From Candidatus Altimarinota bacterium (GTDB lineage: Bacteria > Patescibacteriota > Gracilibacteria > BD1-5 > UBA6164): DNA of 64,000 bases. Positions 50,519 through 59,850 of this stretch are shown here, one piece after another; the stretch's first letter is position 1, and each line of letters begins with the position of its first letter. The position numbers were made by a program, and so were the translations under genes. Below the pieces are notes generated by a model that was not told the DNA's origin, searched no databases, and worked only from the letters and a program-made list of their open reading frames with translations. The stretch lies in NCBI GenBank assembly GCA_037444775.1, contig JBBILU010000006.1:8899-72898 (forward strand). The letters run 5' to 3'.

Positions 50519-51238
50519 ATGGCTACAACACCTATAAAAGATGAGGAAGATTTAATTATTCTATCTGATGATGATATTCCTACAAACAATATTCAAAAGA
50601 TTTCTGTAGAGCAAAAAACAGAAGAAAAAAAAGAAGAAGAATTAATTTCTTTTGATAGTTTTGATTTTTGAAATAATTTTTCTGTTAATTCTAGTAATAC
50701 TGCAGAAAAAGTCGAAGTAAAAGAAACAAATAATGATTTCTGACTTAATTTAAACTTAGATGCTTTTGAAGAAAAAATTGAAGAAAAAGTAAATTTAGAA
50801 GAAGTAAAAATAGATAAACCGAAAATTATAATTCCTGAAATAAATTTAGATTTAACAGAAAAAACAGAAGAAAAACAAACTTTAGAAATTCCAGAACCAA
50901 AAGAGGAAAAAGTTAATATTTCTTCGTCTGTAATGAATTCAGCAATTTCTTCTTTTTCTCCAAATTCAAACTGAACTTCAAGTTCATCATCAACTTGAAC
51001 AACTTGAGATGATGATATGAATGCTATTTTGGAACAAACAATTGCAAAGTTACTTGCAAGAAAAGCAAAAATAAATGAAATTAAAACTCAGACTCAAACT
51101 CAAATTTCTAATTTAAATACAGAAATAAAAACTTTGCAAGATAAAGTAAAACATCTAAAAGATGATGTTAAAGAAAATGAAGAAGAAATTGCAAAAATAG
51201 ATGAAAATACAAAAGTTTTAGAAAAGATGAAAGTATAA
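50519..51238 (+). CDS. Hypothetical acidic protein with C-terminal coiled coil
   Basis: 239 aa, same frame as track ORF 51017..51238. Low-complexity Glu/Lys/Ser-rich. Confidence 0.5.
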
Positions 51239-51302
51239 AAATATTTTGAAAAAGTCAAAAAAATTATATAATTTTTTTGACTTTTATTTTTTTAAAAAAA
51301 TT

Positions 51303-53168
51303 ATGACCGAAATATTAAAAATATTAAAAACTTACAAATTAAATAAGAAATTATTTTTCTATTTAATTTTTTTTACAATAAGTTCTCAACTTCTTATAGT
51401 TAGTATACCTATCGTAACATCCAAAATAACAGGAGTTTTAGAATTCAAATGAGATTTAAAAGATTTTTATTTTTGGTGCTATATTCTGATTATTGTTTCA
51501 ATCTTTTTGTGTATTTCATTTTTTATGGAGGTTTTTTTTAGAGAATATCTTTGGCTAAAAACTTGGACAGAATTGATGAAAAGTTCAAGAAAAAAACTTT
51601 TTGAAAAAGATTATAAAACAATTATAGAAGTTTGAACTTGAAAACTTATTTCAAGACTAGCAAGATGAATTGATGCTCAAACTGATATTTTTACTGCTCT
51701 TGTAAGCATATTTTTCAATGCTGGACTTAGAATTATTTTACTTGTAATTGTATTTTTCTTTACTTCACCACTTTTTGCTTGGATAATAATTTTTTGAGCA
51801 ATTTTTCTTTGAATAGTTGTTTATTTTACAAGAAAATATGCAGAAAAATATCAAAAAGAAGAAGTTGAACTTTGGGAAAAAAGTTCAAGAGTTGAAGCAA
51901 AATTAATTATGAATAATCTTGATTTAAGAATTCTTTGAAAAGAAAAAAAAGAATTAGAGCTTTCAGATGAAGTTCTCTCAAAACTCCCAAATGTAGCAAG
52001 AAAAGCTGATATTCCAAGAAATGTTCAATGAAATTTACTTGAACTTATCACAAGAATAATAGTATTTTTTATTTACTTTGTTTTTGGTTTACAAATTTTA
52101 AAATGAGAACAAAGTATTGCAAATATGACTTTGATAATTATGAGTCTTTGGACTCTTTATCATCCTCTAAACAAAGCTATGGACGAGATTTGAAGAATTA
52201 GTCGTGTTTGGGATAAATATATGAAATTACAAAAGTTTTTGGATACTGAAATTGAAATAAAAAATTGAGCTAAAGTTTTTGAATACAAAAAATGAGAAAT
52301 TAAATTTGAAAATGTAGATTTTTTTTATAATAATGATAGAAAAATTTTTGAAAATTTAAATTTAAAAATAAAATCATGACAAAAAAATGCTTTTGTTTGA
52401 CATAGTTGATGAGGAAAATCAACAATTACAAAATTAATTTTGAGACTTTATGAAATAAGTTCTTGAAAACTTTTGGTTGATTGACAAAATATTAAAGACA
52501 TAAAAATAGAAACTTTTTATAATAACATTGCTTATTTATCTCAAGAACCAGCTGTTTTTGACTGAACTATTAGAGAGAATATGGAGTATGCTTTGAGTCA
52601 AAATTCCCAGTCTTCTCCTTTAGACCTCACCCCAACCCTCTCCTTTGGAGGAGAGGGAGAAAGAGAGAAATCTGTTATAATCCCATTTGTTGAAATTGAC
52701 AAGAATGTAGAGGTGTTTGGTAAAAACATCTCAAAAGATGATGAACAAGAAAAACAAATTTGGGAAGCTCTTAAAAAAGCCAAAATGGATGATTTGGTAA
52801 AATCTCTTCCAAAATGACTTGATACAGAAATTTGAGAAAAGTGAATAAAACTTAGTTGATGAGAAAAACAAAGACTTGCAATTGCAAGAGTTTTTCTAAA
52901 AAATCCTAAAATAATTATTCTTGATGAACCAACTTCTGCACTTGATAGTATAAGTGAAAATCATATTACAGAAAGTTTAAATGAACTTTTGAAATGAAAA
53001 ACTAGTATAATAATAGCTCACAGATTGCAGACAGTTATTAATTCTGATAAAATTTTTGTTATAGAAAATTGAAAAATAGAATCAGAATGAACTCATTTAG
53101 AGCTTTTGAAAAAATCAAAAATATATAAAACTTTGGTTGATTTGCAACATTGATGTTTAGTTGAGTAG
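51303..53168 (+). CDS. ABC exporter, fused TMD-NBD (MsbA-like)
   Basis: Six-helix TMD, then [39 protein letters not shown]. An upstream in-frame TTG at 51246 is an alternative start. Carries an in-frame insertion of about 45 aa, including a palindromic element, between the Q-loop region and the signature motif. Confidence 0.9.
52611..52667. repeat. Family A palindromic element inside the ABC exporter gene
   Basis: tcttctcctttagacctcaccccaaccctctcctttggaggagagggagaaagagag, translated [19 protein letters not shown]. Confidence 0.85.
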
Positions 53169-53201
53169 AAAAAGCTTGAATAAAATTCAAGCTTTTTCTA
53201 C
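53165..53201. terminator. Bidirectional hairpin terminator
   Basis: gtagaaaaagcttgaat / attcaagctttttctac (17-bp arms). Confidence 0.8.
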
Positions 53202-53990
53202 TTACTTTCAAATATTTTCGTGAGGAAATTCTTTTTGTTCTACAGTTTCAGAAATATTATTTTCATTGATTTTTTGTTTTTTTACTATAACTTTTGTTCA
53301 AAATAATTCTGCTAAAAATTTTCAAGCCTTATTAAATTCTTCTGTTTTATCTTCATAAACAATAATCTCGTTTGGAACATATCAAAGTTTCATTACATAA
53401 ATAATCAAACTTTTTATTTTATCTGGGTTTTTATTAACTATTTCGTAATCATTGTATCAGCCTACTAACAATTTTGAATACTTTAATTTCAACTCTTGTA
53501 AATAAGGAATTCAAGCTGTTAATATTAAATTTACACTATCTTTTGTATTTCAAATAACTTCTCAAATATTTTCAATAAGTCCATTTTCTTGTTGAAAATA
53601 GAATTCACGAGCAAATTTTCTTAAAGCTTTCTTAACTCTTTTATTTGAAAGCTTTTTTACATAATCTATAATTTCATCTGTTACTACTTGCTCTTCTTGT
53701 CAAGCAAATTTTCATCACTTTTCAAATAATCAACAATATTTTGCTATAAGCCAAATATTTCACTTCTCTTGTCTATTTAATTTTGCTCATTCTCATAATT
53801 TATCCAAAGCCGTTTGTCTTCTCCAAACAGTATCATCAAAATCAATAACTCTAAGTTCTTTTCATTTTTCTAGGCTAGACCTAAAATATTCTTTTATAAC
53901 AACTCAAGCTTCTCAAAAAAGTCAAAATAAAAATTGTTCCAATGGATCAAAAGATTCTTCAATAGATGATTTTTCAACAGTTTTATTCAT
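53202..53990 (-). CDS. Hypothetical protein, possibly HAD-like (DxDxT motif)
   Basis: 262 aa. RVIDFDDTVW resembles HAD motif I. No other motif is confidently recognised. Confidence 0.35.
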
Positions 53991-54069
53991 AATAATGTGT
54001 GGAAATTATTTTATATTAAAATAAATTATAACATACTTTTACAAAAAGTCAATACCTATTGGTCTATCG

Positions 54070-54149
54070 TTTCTATTGTCCCGTTTCAAATCCGACCAGT
54101 TTTGTTAGATTCAAAACTTGGACTTAAAAACTCATAAAATTGCTCTAAA
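54070..54149. repeat. 80-bp direct repeat, copy B
   Basis: 77/80 identical to 28873-28952. Lies between the ileS terminator and the start of the gene at 53990. Confidence 0.9.
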
Positions 54150-54152
54150 AAA

Positions 54153-54188
54153 TAAAAAAAATCTAGCAAATTTTTGCTAGATTTTTTT
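54153..54188 (-). terminator. CTAG-hairpin terminator after ileS
   Basis: aaaaaaatctagcaaa / tttgctagattttttt. Confidence 0.7.
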
Positions 54189-54194
54189 ATTTTT

Positions 54195-57100
54195 TTATTT
54201 TTTTAATTTTATTTCTACTTTCATCTCATCAAACTCAATTTCTTTTTCTAAATCAAAACTTTCTAAATTACCTTCAATTTTTGAAAGAGTTTCTGTTTCT
54301 ATATAATTTTCAAAGTTTTTTATAGCTTGTGCTATCCTTTCTCCAATTGGAAAAGAGTTAGAGAGAGGGCTTAATTGTATTTTTATTCTATCATCAACTT
54401 GATAATCAGCTTCTTTTCTAGCTTCTTGAATTGCTCTTACTAAATCTCTTGCTATTCATTCTTGCTGTAATTCTTCTGTTAAACTTGAATCCATAGCAAT
54501 TACCATTCAAAATCCAGCCTCAATTTCATATTGAGAATCTCCAGCCTCAAAAGCAAGTTCATATTCTCAAGATTCAAGAATGAAACTTGTGTTATTTTTT
54601 TTCTCCAAAGGAGAAGCTAGGTGAGGTATTCTAACTCTTCCTTCTTCCAATTCCTCAAAATTTCCTGCTTTTGCTTCTTGCAAAATATATTTTACATCTT
54701 GTCCAAACTTTGGACCAATAAGCCTTGCATTTGGTTTACAAATTTTTTTTGCAATAGAATCAGCATTTACTATAATTACTTCTTTTACATTTAATTCTTC
54801 TTTCAAAATATTTTTATAATATTCTTCCAGATTTTCTCAAATAGTAATTGATTTCAAAGGTTGTCTTACTTTAAGCTTGTGATTTACTCTCCAAGCCAAA
54901 CCAAGATTTATAAATTTTTGAGTTTTTGCCATTTGTTCACTCAAATCTTTATTAACAAAAGCACTCACATATTCAGGAAAAATATCTAGATGAACTGATT
55001 TTTTTCCAGTTAAATTTTTGTAAATATGATCTGCTAAGAATGGCATAAATGGAGCAATAATTTTTGAAACTTCCACCAAAACTGTATGAAGAGTATTGTA
55101 AGCTTGTATTTTGTCTCCATCATTTTCTGATTTCCAAAATCTTTTTCTAGATCTTCTAATATACCAATTTGTCAAATTATCCATAAATGCAGGAATATTT
55201 TTGGTTGCCTCATTGATTCTATAGCCATCTAATCACATTGAAACTTCTCAAATCAAAGTATGAAGTTCTCATAAAATCCATTTATCTAGTGGATTTTGAA
55301 GTGGAATTTTTGGGAAAGTGATAATTTGAGCATTTTTTACAGTTGGCATTTCAAGATGTGCATAGTCTAAACTCATTCACAAATACTTTTTGAAAAAAGG
55401 TCTAGCACTTCCAGCATGTCCAACAAACAAAATATTTTTGTCTCTATTTTTTAACAGAATTTCTTCAAAAGCTGTTTCAACTCTTGTTTGAAATTGTTCA
55501 TAATTTTCTATACTAGAATTTTTAAAAATTTTTCTCAAAGCTACTTTATCCTTCAAATCTACTCAATAAATTTCTGCTATTTCTTTATGACTCTTCCCTT
55601 CAAATTCAGCATAATTTTGTTCTTTAATTCCATCATTTATAAGAATTTCTCAAGTATATCATGAATTTTCAGCAATAATTTTTGCAGTTTCTAAAGCTCT
55701 ATCTAAAGGAGAACTTACTATCAAATCAAATGTAATTCCAGCAATTTTTGCATTTTGTCAAGATTTTTTTGCTTGTTCTTTTCATTTTTCAGTTAATTTA
55801 GGATTATCCATAGCTCCAGAAATTCCAGCAGACTCAACTGTCCACCTAGCATTACTTTCACTTTCAGCATGTCTTACAAAAAATATTTGTCATTTTGGAA
55901 CCTCAAAGTTATCAATATTTGCATAAGTAGTGAAAAAACTATAGGTATTCCACAAAGGCAAAATTACTTTTTTCACCACTTCTTCAACTCCAATTTCACT
56001 AAATCTCAAATCTTGAGCCTCAACAACTGGAGAATTCATTAAATAAAATCTCATTGCATCAGCACCATATTTATCAAAAATTATTTCAGGAGCTGGATAA
56101 TTTTGTAAACTTTTACTCATTTTTTTCCCATCTTCAGCCAAAACAATTCAGTTCACAATAGTGTTAAGTGTAGCAGGAGAATCAAAAAGTGCAGTAGAAA
56201 GAATAATCAAAGTATAAAACCAACCTCTGGTTTGGTCTAATCATTCAGCAATAAAATCTGCTGGGAAGCCCTCACCCCTTGCCCCTCTCCTTTGGAGTAG
56301 AGGGGAGTTTTTTTGCCCGTGCTCCTTCTTCTCCAAAGGAGAAGGTTGGGATGAGGGAAAAGCAAAAGGATAGTGTTTACTTGCATAAGGCATTGCTCAA
56401 CTTTCAAACCAACAATCAAGAACTTCAGGGATTCTTTTTAATTTCTCTCAAGTTTTTGGAGATTTCACAAAAATTTCATCAACAAAATGTTTATGCAAAT
56501 CAACTTCTTTTCAAGTTGCAGTGTAAAAATATTTATTGCCTCTTTTTTCAATCTGCCCAAAATCTTTATTTGCTTCATATAATTCTTCTACACTTCCAAT
56601 ACAAACTTCCTCAGTTTTGTCTTCATTTTGCCAAACTGGAATAGCTGAACCCCAATATCTATTTCTTGAAATATTCCAATCTCTTGCTTGTTCTAGCCAT
56701 TTCCCAAATCTTCATAATTTAATATTTTCTGGTGTCCAATTTGTTTTCAAATTATTTGCTACCATTTTATCTCTAATTTTTTCAACTGCCACATACCAAG
56801 CAGAAATAGCTCTATAAATTAATGGAGTACCACATCTCCAACAATGTGGATAAGAATGATCTATAGTCCCAATATGAAAAGAAAGCTTTTTCTCTTTTAG
56901 TTCAGAAACCACAAAATCATTGAAATCAAAAACAAATTCTCCATTATGTTCTAATAAATTATAAGTTTTTCCAGAATCATCAATATGAGCTACAAAACCT
57001 AAATCTTTTTCTTTTCAAATAATATTATCATCTTCTCAATAAGCTGGAGCAATATGAACAATTCCAGTTCAGCTTTCTGTTGTTACATGATGACCAATTA

Positions 57101-58082
57101 CTACAGAAAAAGAATTTTTTCAAAGTGCAATTCCATTTCATAAATCTGAATTCATTTCAGCCAATTGCAAATAAAAATCATCAAACAATGGCTCATAAGC
57201 AATTCCTACTAAACAAGTTCCAGGATATTCTCTCACAAGAGTATAATCCTCTTCTTTTTTGTAATAATTATTTACTCTTTCTTTAGCCAAAATATATGTG
57301 TCTCCAGTATTTTTATCAAGAATTTCCACATAAATTATATTTTCACCAACTGCAAGTCAAAGATTTGCATAAAGTGTCCAAGGAGTAGTGGTCCAAGCAA
57401 GAATATATTTATTTGGAGAATTTTTTATCTTAAATTTTATAGTAACAGCTTTAGATTGTTTGTCTTTGTATCCTTGATTTACTTCGAAGTTTGAAAGTGG
57501 AGTCGTACATCTTGGACAATAAGGAACAATTCTATTTCCTTCATAAATAAGCCCTTTATCATAAATACTTTTAAAAACCCACCAAACTGATTCCATAAAA
57601 TTGGTATCCATAGTTTTGTAATCATCTTCCATATCAACCCATCTTCACATTCTATTTACTGTTTTTTTCCATTCATCCACATAACCAAAAACATTTGCTC
57701 TACAAGTTTCATTGAAATCATGAACTCAAATTTTATTTTCTATATCATCTTTTCAGTTTATTTTCAACTTTTTTTCAACAATATTTTCAATAGGCAATCC
57801 ATGACAATCCCAACCAAATTTTCTGGTAACTTTTTTTCATTTCATAGTTTGGTATCTTGGAATTACATCTTTGATAGTTCCAGCTAAAATATGTCAATAA
57901 TGAGGAGTTCCAGTTGCAAATGGAGGACCATCATAAAAATTAAACTCATTTTCATTGCTTCTTGAATCCACAGATTCTTCAAAAATTTTTTCTTCTTGCC
58001 AAAACTTTAGCATTTCTTCTTCTAATTTTGGAAAGCTTTGTTTTGGGTTTACTTCTGGGAAGTTCTTAGTTATTTTTGTCAT
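54195..58082 (-). CDS. ileS: Isoleucyl-tRNA synthetase with internal histidine-phosphatase-like domain and three palindromic insertions
   Basis: 1295 codons. All track fragments at 57894, 57357, 57138, 56712, 55890, 54837 and 54567 share one frame. I translated 56712-55182 codon by codon and found no TAA/TAG. Motifs: [12 protein letters not shown] (HIGH), [47 protein letters not shown]. Confidence 0.95.
54601..54626. repeat. Family A element inside the ileS C-terminal region
   Basis: ttctccaaaggagaagctaggtgagg, translated (minus strand) PHLASPLEK. Confidence 0.7.
55305..55892 (-). other. Histidine phosphatase (PGAM-like) domain inserted in ileS, about residues 731-925
   Basis: [12 protein letters not shown] (RHG-type motif), [40 protein letters not shown]. 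Located between ...[20 protein letters not shown] and ...LDKWILGELHTL... of the IleRS anticodon-binding domain. Confidence 0.7.
56269..56357. repeat. Composite family A element inside the ileS catalytic core
   Basis: ccctcaccccttgcccctctcctttggagtagaggggag-N13-gctccttcttctccaaaggagaaggttgggatgaggg. Translated (minus strand) [30 protein letters not shown], between HYPFAF and FPADFIAEG. Confidence 0.9.
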
Positions 58083-58124
58083 AGGTTTTTGGTTAGATTT
58101 TAAATTTGACTTTTAATAAGTTTT
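58036..58124. repeat. ileS 5' segment (first 47 coding nt plus about 42 nt of upstream leader), copy 1
   Basis: Nearly identical to 59144-59232. The coding part also matches 58619-58665. Confidence 0.9.
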
Positions 58125-58158
58125 CTAATATAATATATTTGTTCCTAGAGAACTTAAT

Positions 58159-58191
58159 GGCTCCTAGCAGCTCACCTCCTGAAAAGGAGGT
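58159..58191. repeat. Family A-like palindromic element, intergenic upstream of ileS
   Basis: ggctcctagcagctcacctcctgaaaaggaggt. Confidence 0.6.
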
Positions 58192-58209
58192 ATAAAAATG
58201 AAAGTGCAT

Positions 58210-58665
58210 TTATTCAATAAGTGCATTTATTTTTTGTTTAATTTCTTTTAGTTTACACTCCTCAATTCATCAAATATGAGATAACAATCTTTTTGAACTA
58301 TATAATTTTATTTGAGAAAGAATTAAAAAATTATTTTGTCATTTTATATTTCAAATATCATAATAAAAAAATCAATGTTTTACTTTTGTAGTACTAGGAA
58401 TTCACAAAAACATATCTTTATTAAATTTTTTAAGAATCAAAATTGGTCTACTAAAATCTTCATTTTTTCCATCTTGTTCAAATCAAATATTTATTCACAT
58501 AGAAATAAACCAAACTTGTCATTCTCTAAAGTAAGGAATTTTGGATTCACTTTTAGTATGAATTTTCTTTTTTTCATTATTCCATAAATCAAACATTTCT
58601 TCCTCTCATTTTGAAAAACTTTGTTTTGGGTTTACTTCTGGGAAGTTTTTAGTGTTTTTTGTCAT
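58210..58665 (-). CDS. MazF/PemK-family toxin with an IleRS-derived N-terminus
   Basis: ...REGQVWFISMGINIGFEQDGKNEDFSRPILILKKFNKDMFLGIPSTTKVKH...FLILSQIKLYSSKRLL fits the PemK/MazF pattern. The first 16 aa, [16 protein letters not shown], match IleRS, and weaker similarity continues to about residue 33. 151 aa. Confidence 0.7.
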
Positions 58666-58679
58666 GGTATTTTTGGTTA
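58619..58679. repeat. ileS 5' segment, copy 2
   Basis: ctttgttttgggtttacttctgggaagtttttagtgttttttgtcat is shared with copies 1 and 3. Confidence 0.85.
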
Positions 58680-59060
58680 ATATTGTATGTTAAAACTTAT
58701 AAATATACTTTCAAGGATATTATGCAATTCTTCTTTTTTTATATTTCCTTTAGCAACTCATATAGCGATATCTTCCATTTTTACAAAAAAAGAAGGTATG
58801 AAAATATTATTAATTTCAAGAAAAAGCCCTAAGCTTCAAATAGCAGTCCTTTTATTCCCATCATTAAAACAATGGAAATTTATAAGTCAGAAGAATAAAT
58901 GAGTTGCTTTTTCAACAATGTTTTTATAATAATCATCATTTTGTATATGTTGAAGTATTGAGTCTATTTGTTGCTTATCTTTTATTCCTGAAAGTCATCA
59001 AAATATTTCTAAAATATTATTATGCAGATTAATAACATCATGTACATCTAAATAATTCAT
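58677..59060 (-). CDS. doc: Doc (death-on-curing) Fic-fold toxin
   Basis: ...GGLSGIKDKQQIDSIL...ATHLFFGLINFHCFNDGNKRTA... carries the Fic/Doc core HxFxDGNKR. 127 aa. Confidence 0.8.
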
Positions 59061-59061
59061 T

Positions 59062-59190
59062 TTATTTTTGTGTTAGTCTTTTAAATGCTTCATAATTTCA
59101 TTGATCAGAAATTTGCTCTTCTAAAAAATGTTTTGTATTAATACTTTGTTTTGGGTTTACTTCTGGGAAGTTTTTAGTGTTTTTTGTCAT
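59062..59190 (-). CDS. Small chimeric ORF in the antitoxin position upstream of doc
   Basis: 42 aa. The first 16 aa are identical to the MazF-like N-terminus and come from the ileS 5' copy. Stop is 1 nt before the doc ATG. No recognisable Phd fold. Confidence 0.4.
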
Positions 59191-59232
59191 AGGTTTTTGG
59201 TTAGATTTTAAATTTGACTTTTAATAAGTTTT
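59144..59232. repeat. ileS 5' segment, copy 3
   Basis: The leader part cataggtttttggttagattttaaatttgacttttaataagtttt is identical to copy 1. Confidence 0.9.
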
Positions 59233-59372
59233 TTCGTATAAGAGGACAAAAAGTTTCTAAAAATATTTTTCTGTATATAATTGTTCCAAAACTTCTCTAT
59301 AATCAAAAGCCATTTTCAAATATTTTGTTTCTTCATAGCTAAAGTAATTCTAATCTTCATCTAAAAGTTTTT

Positions 59373-59591
59373 TTATCATAAATATTCATTAATTAACTTT
59401 AAAGCTTCATTTTTATAATCATCTTCTTTTAATTCACTATACAAAGTTGCTTCTTGTAAAAATTTATCATATTCATCAAGTTGTTTTTGAGAATAATTCC
59501 CAGAGCTAAAAAGTTCTTCCAAAAGAGTATCAAGAGAAGCAAAATCATCTTTTTCAAGAGCTTCTTTTACTTGCAAAATCATTGTTTTCAT
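59373..59591 (-). CDS. Hypothetical small acidic protein
   Basis: 72 aa: MKTMILQVKEALEKDDFASLDTLLEELF.... First ORF after the T-box terminator. The N-terminal extension of track ORF 59376..59666 runs through that terminator and is rejected. Confidence 0.45.
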
Positions 59592-59603
59592 AATTCTTTT
59601 TAA

Positions 59604-59808
59604 AAAAATAAAAAGCACAAAAAAATATTTTTGTGCTTTCGGTCCAATTTTATTGGAAGGTACCACCTAAAGCTTTGGAACAATTTTTTTGTTCTCTACT
59701 TAATTTAATTTTTTTAACGGAGATTTTAAACTTCGGGAGATTCTACTAAAACTAAAAGTTCGTTCTTTCTCCAGCTCGTAGTTGATAGCTACTCAAATGC
59801 TTTTGATT
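59604..59808 (-). promoter_or_regulatory. T-box riboswitch leader, probably Ile-specific
   Basis: On the minus strand: F-box CCGUUA (59720-59715). T-box core UUAGGUGGUACC (59671-59660), with UGGU in a bulge between helices GCUUU/AAAGC and UCCAAU/AUUGGA (antiterminator). A competing terminator AAAGCACAAAAA/UUUUUGUGCUUU plus U-run follows. Candidate specifier AUC at 59741-59739. Confidence 0.8.
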
Positions 59809-59815
59809 GAGATCA

Positions 59816-59843
59816 ATTATATAAAAAAATAGTTTTTTGCAAA
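59816..59843 (-). promoter_or_regulatory. Promoter of the T-box leader
   Basis: Minus strand: TTTGCA, 16-nt spacer, TATAAT (59821-59816). Confidence 0.55.
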
Positions 59844-59850
59844 ATTATTT

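Noticed and set aside
28873-54149. 25-kb integrative element bounded by the 80-bp direct repeats, with the Xer-like recombinase as integrase and tRNA-Ser as the attachment site
   Set aside because: The interval is filled with core genes (pyk, PBP, ligA, eno, trxA, rlmD, and others). The repeat does not overlap the tRNA 3' end, and the tRNA 3' end points away from the interval.
56279-56644. Long alternative-frame ORFs over the GC-rich repeats (56279..56644 +, 56237..56419 -, 52598..52783 -, 22766..22951 +)
   Set aside because: They overlap well-supported ileS, ABC exporter and metG frames. They exist only because the GC-rich palindromes lack stop codons, and their products are low-complexity (..[13 protein letters not shown]..).
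58116-58138. Plus-strand TTGACT-17-TATAAT inside the duplicated ileS leader (also 59211-59239) as an antisense promoter
   Set aside because: Promoter-like hexamers are expected by chance in such AT-rich DNA, and there is no plus-strand feature downstream. I noted it but did not call it.
8006-58191. CRISPR array interpretation of the recurring palindromic repeats
   Set aside because: Copies are scattered over 50 kb, mostly inside genes, and in both orientations. There is no regular repeat-spacer periodicity and no cas genes.
59592-59666. N-terminal extension of track ORF 59376..59666 (MVPSNKIGPKAQKYFFVLFIFLKRI...)
   Set aside because: It reads through the T-box antiterminator and terminator hairpin. 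The ATG at 59591, just after the terminator, is the plausible start.
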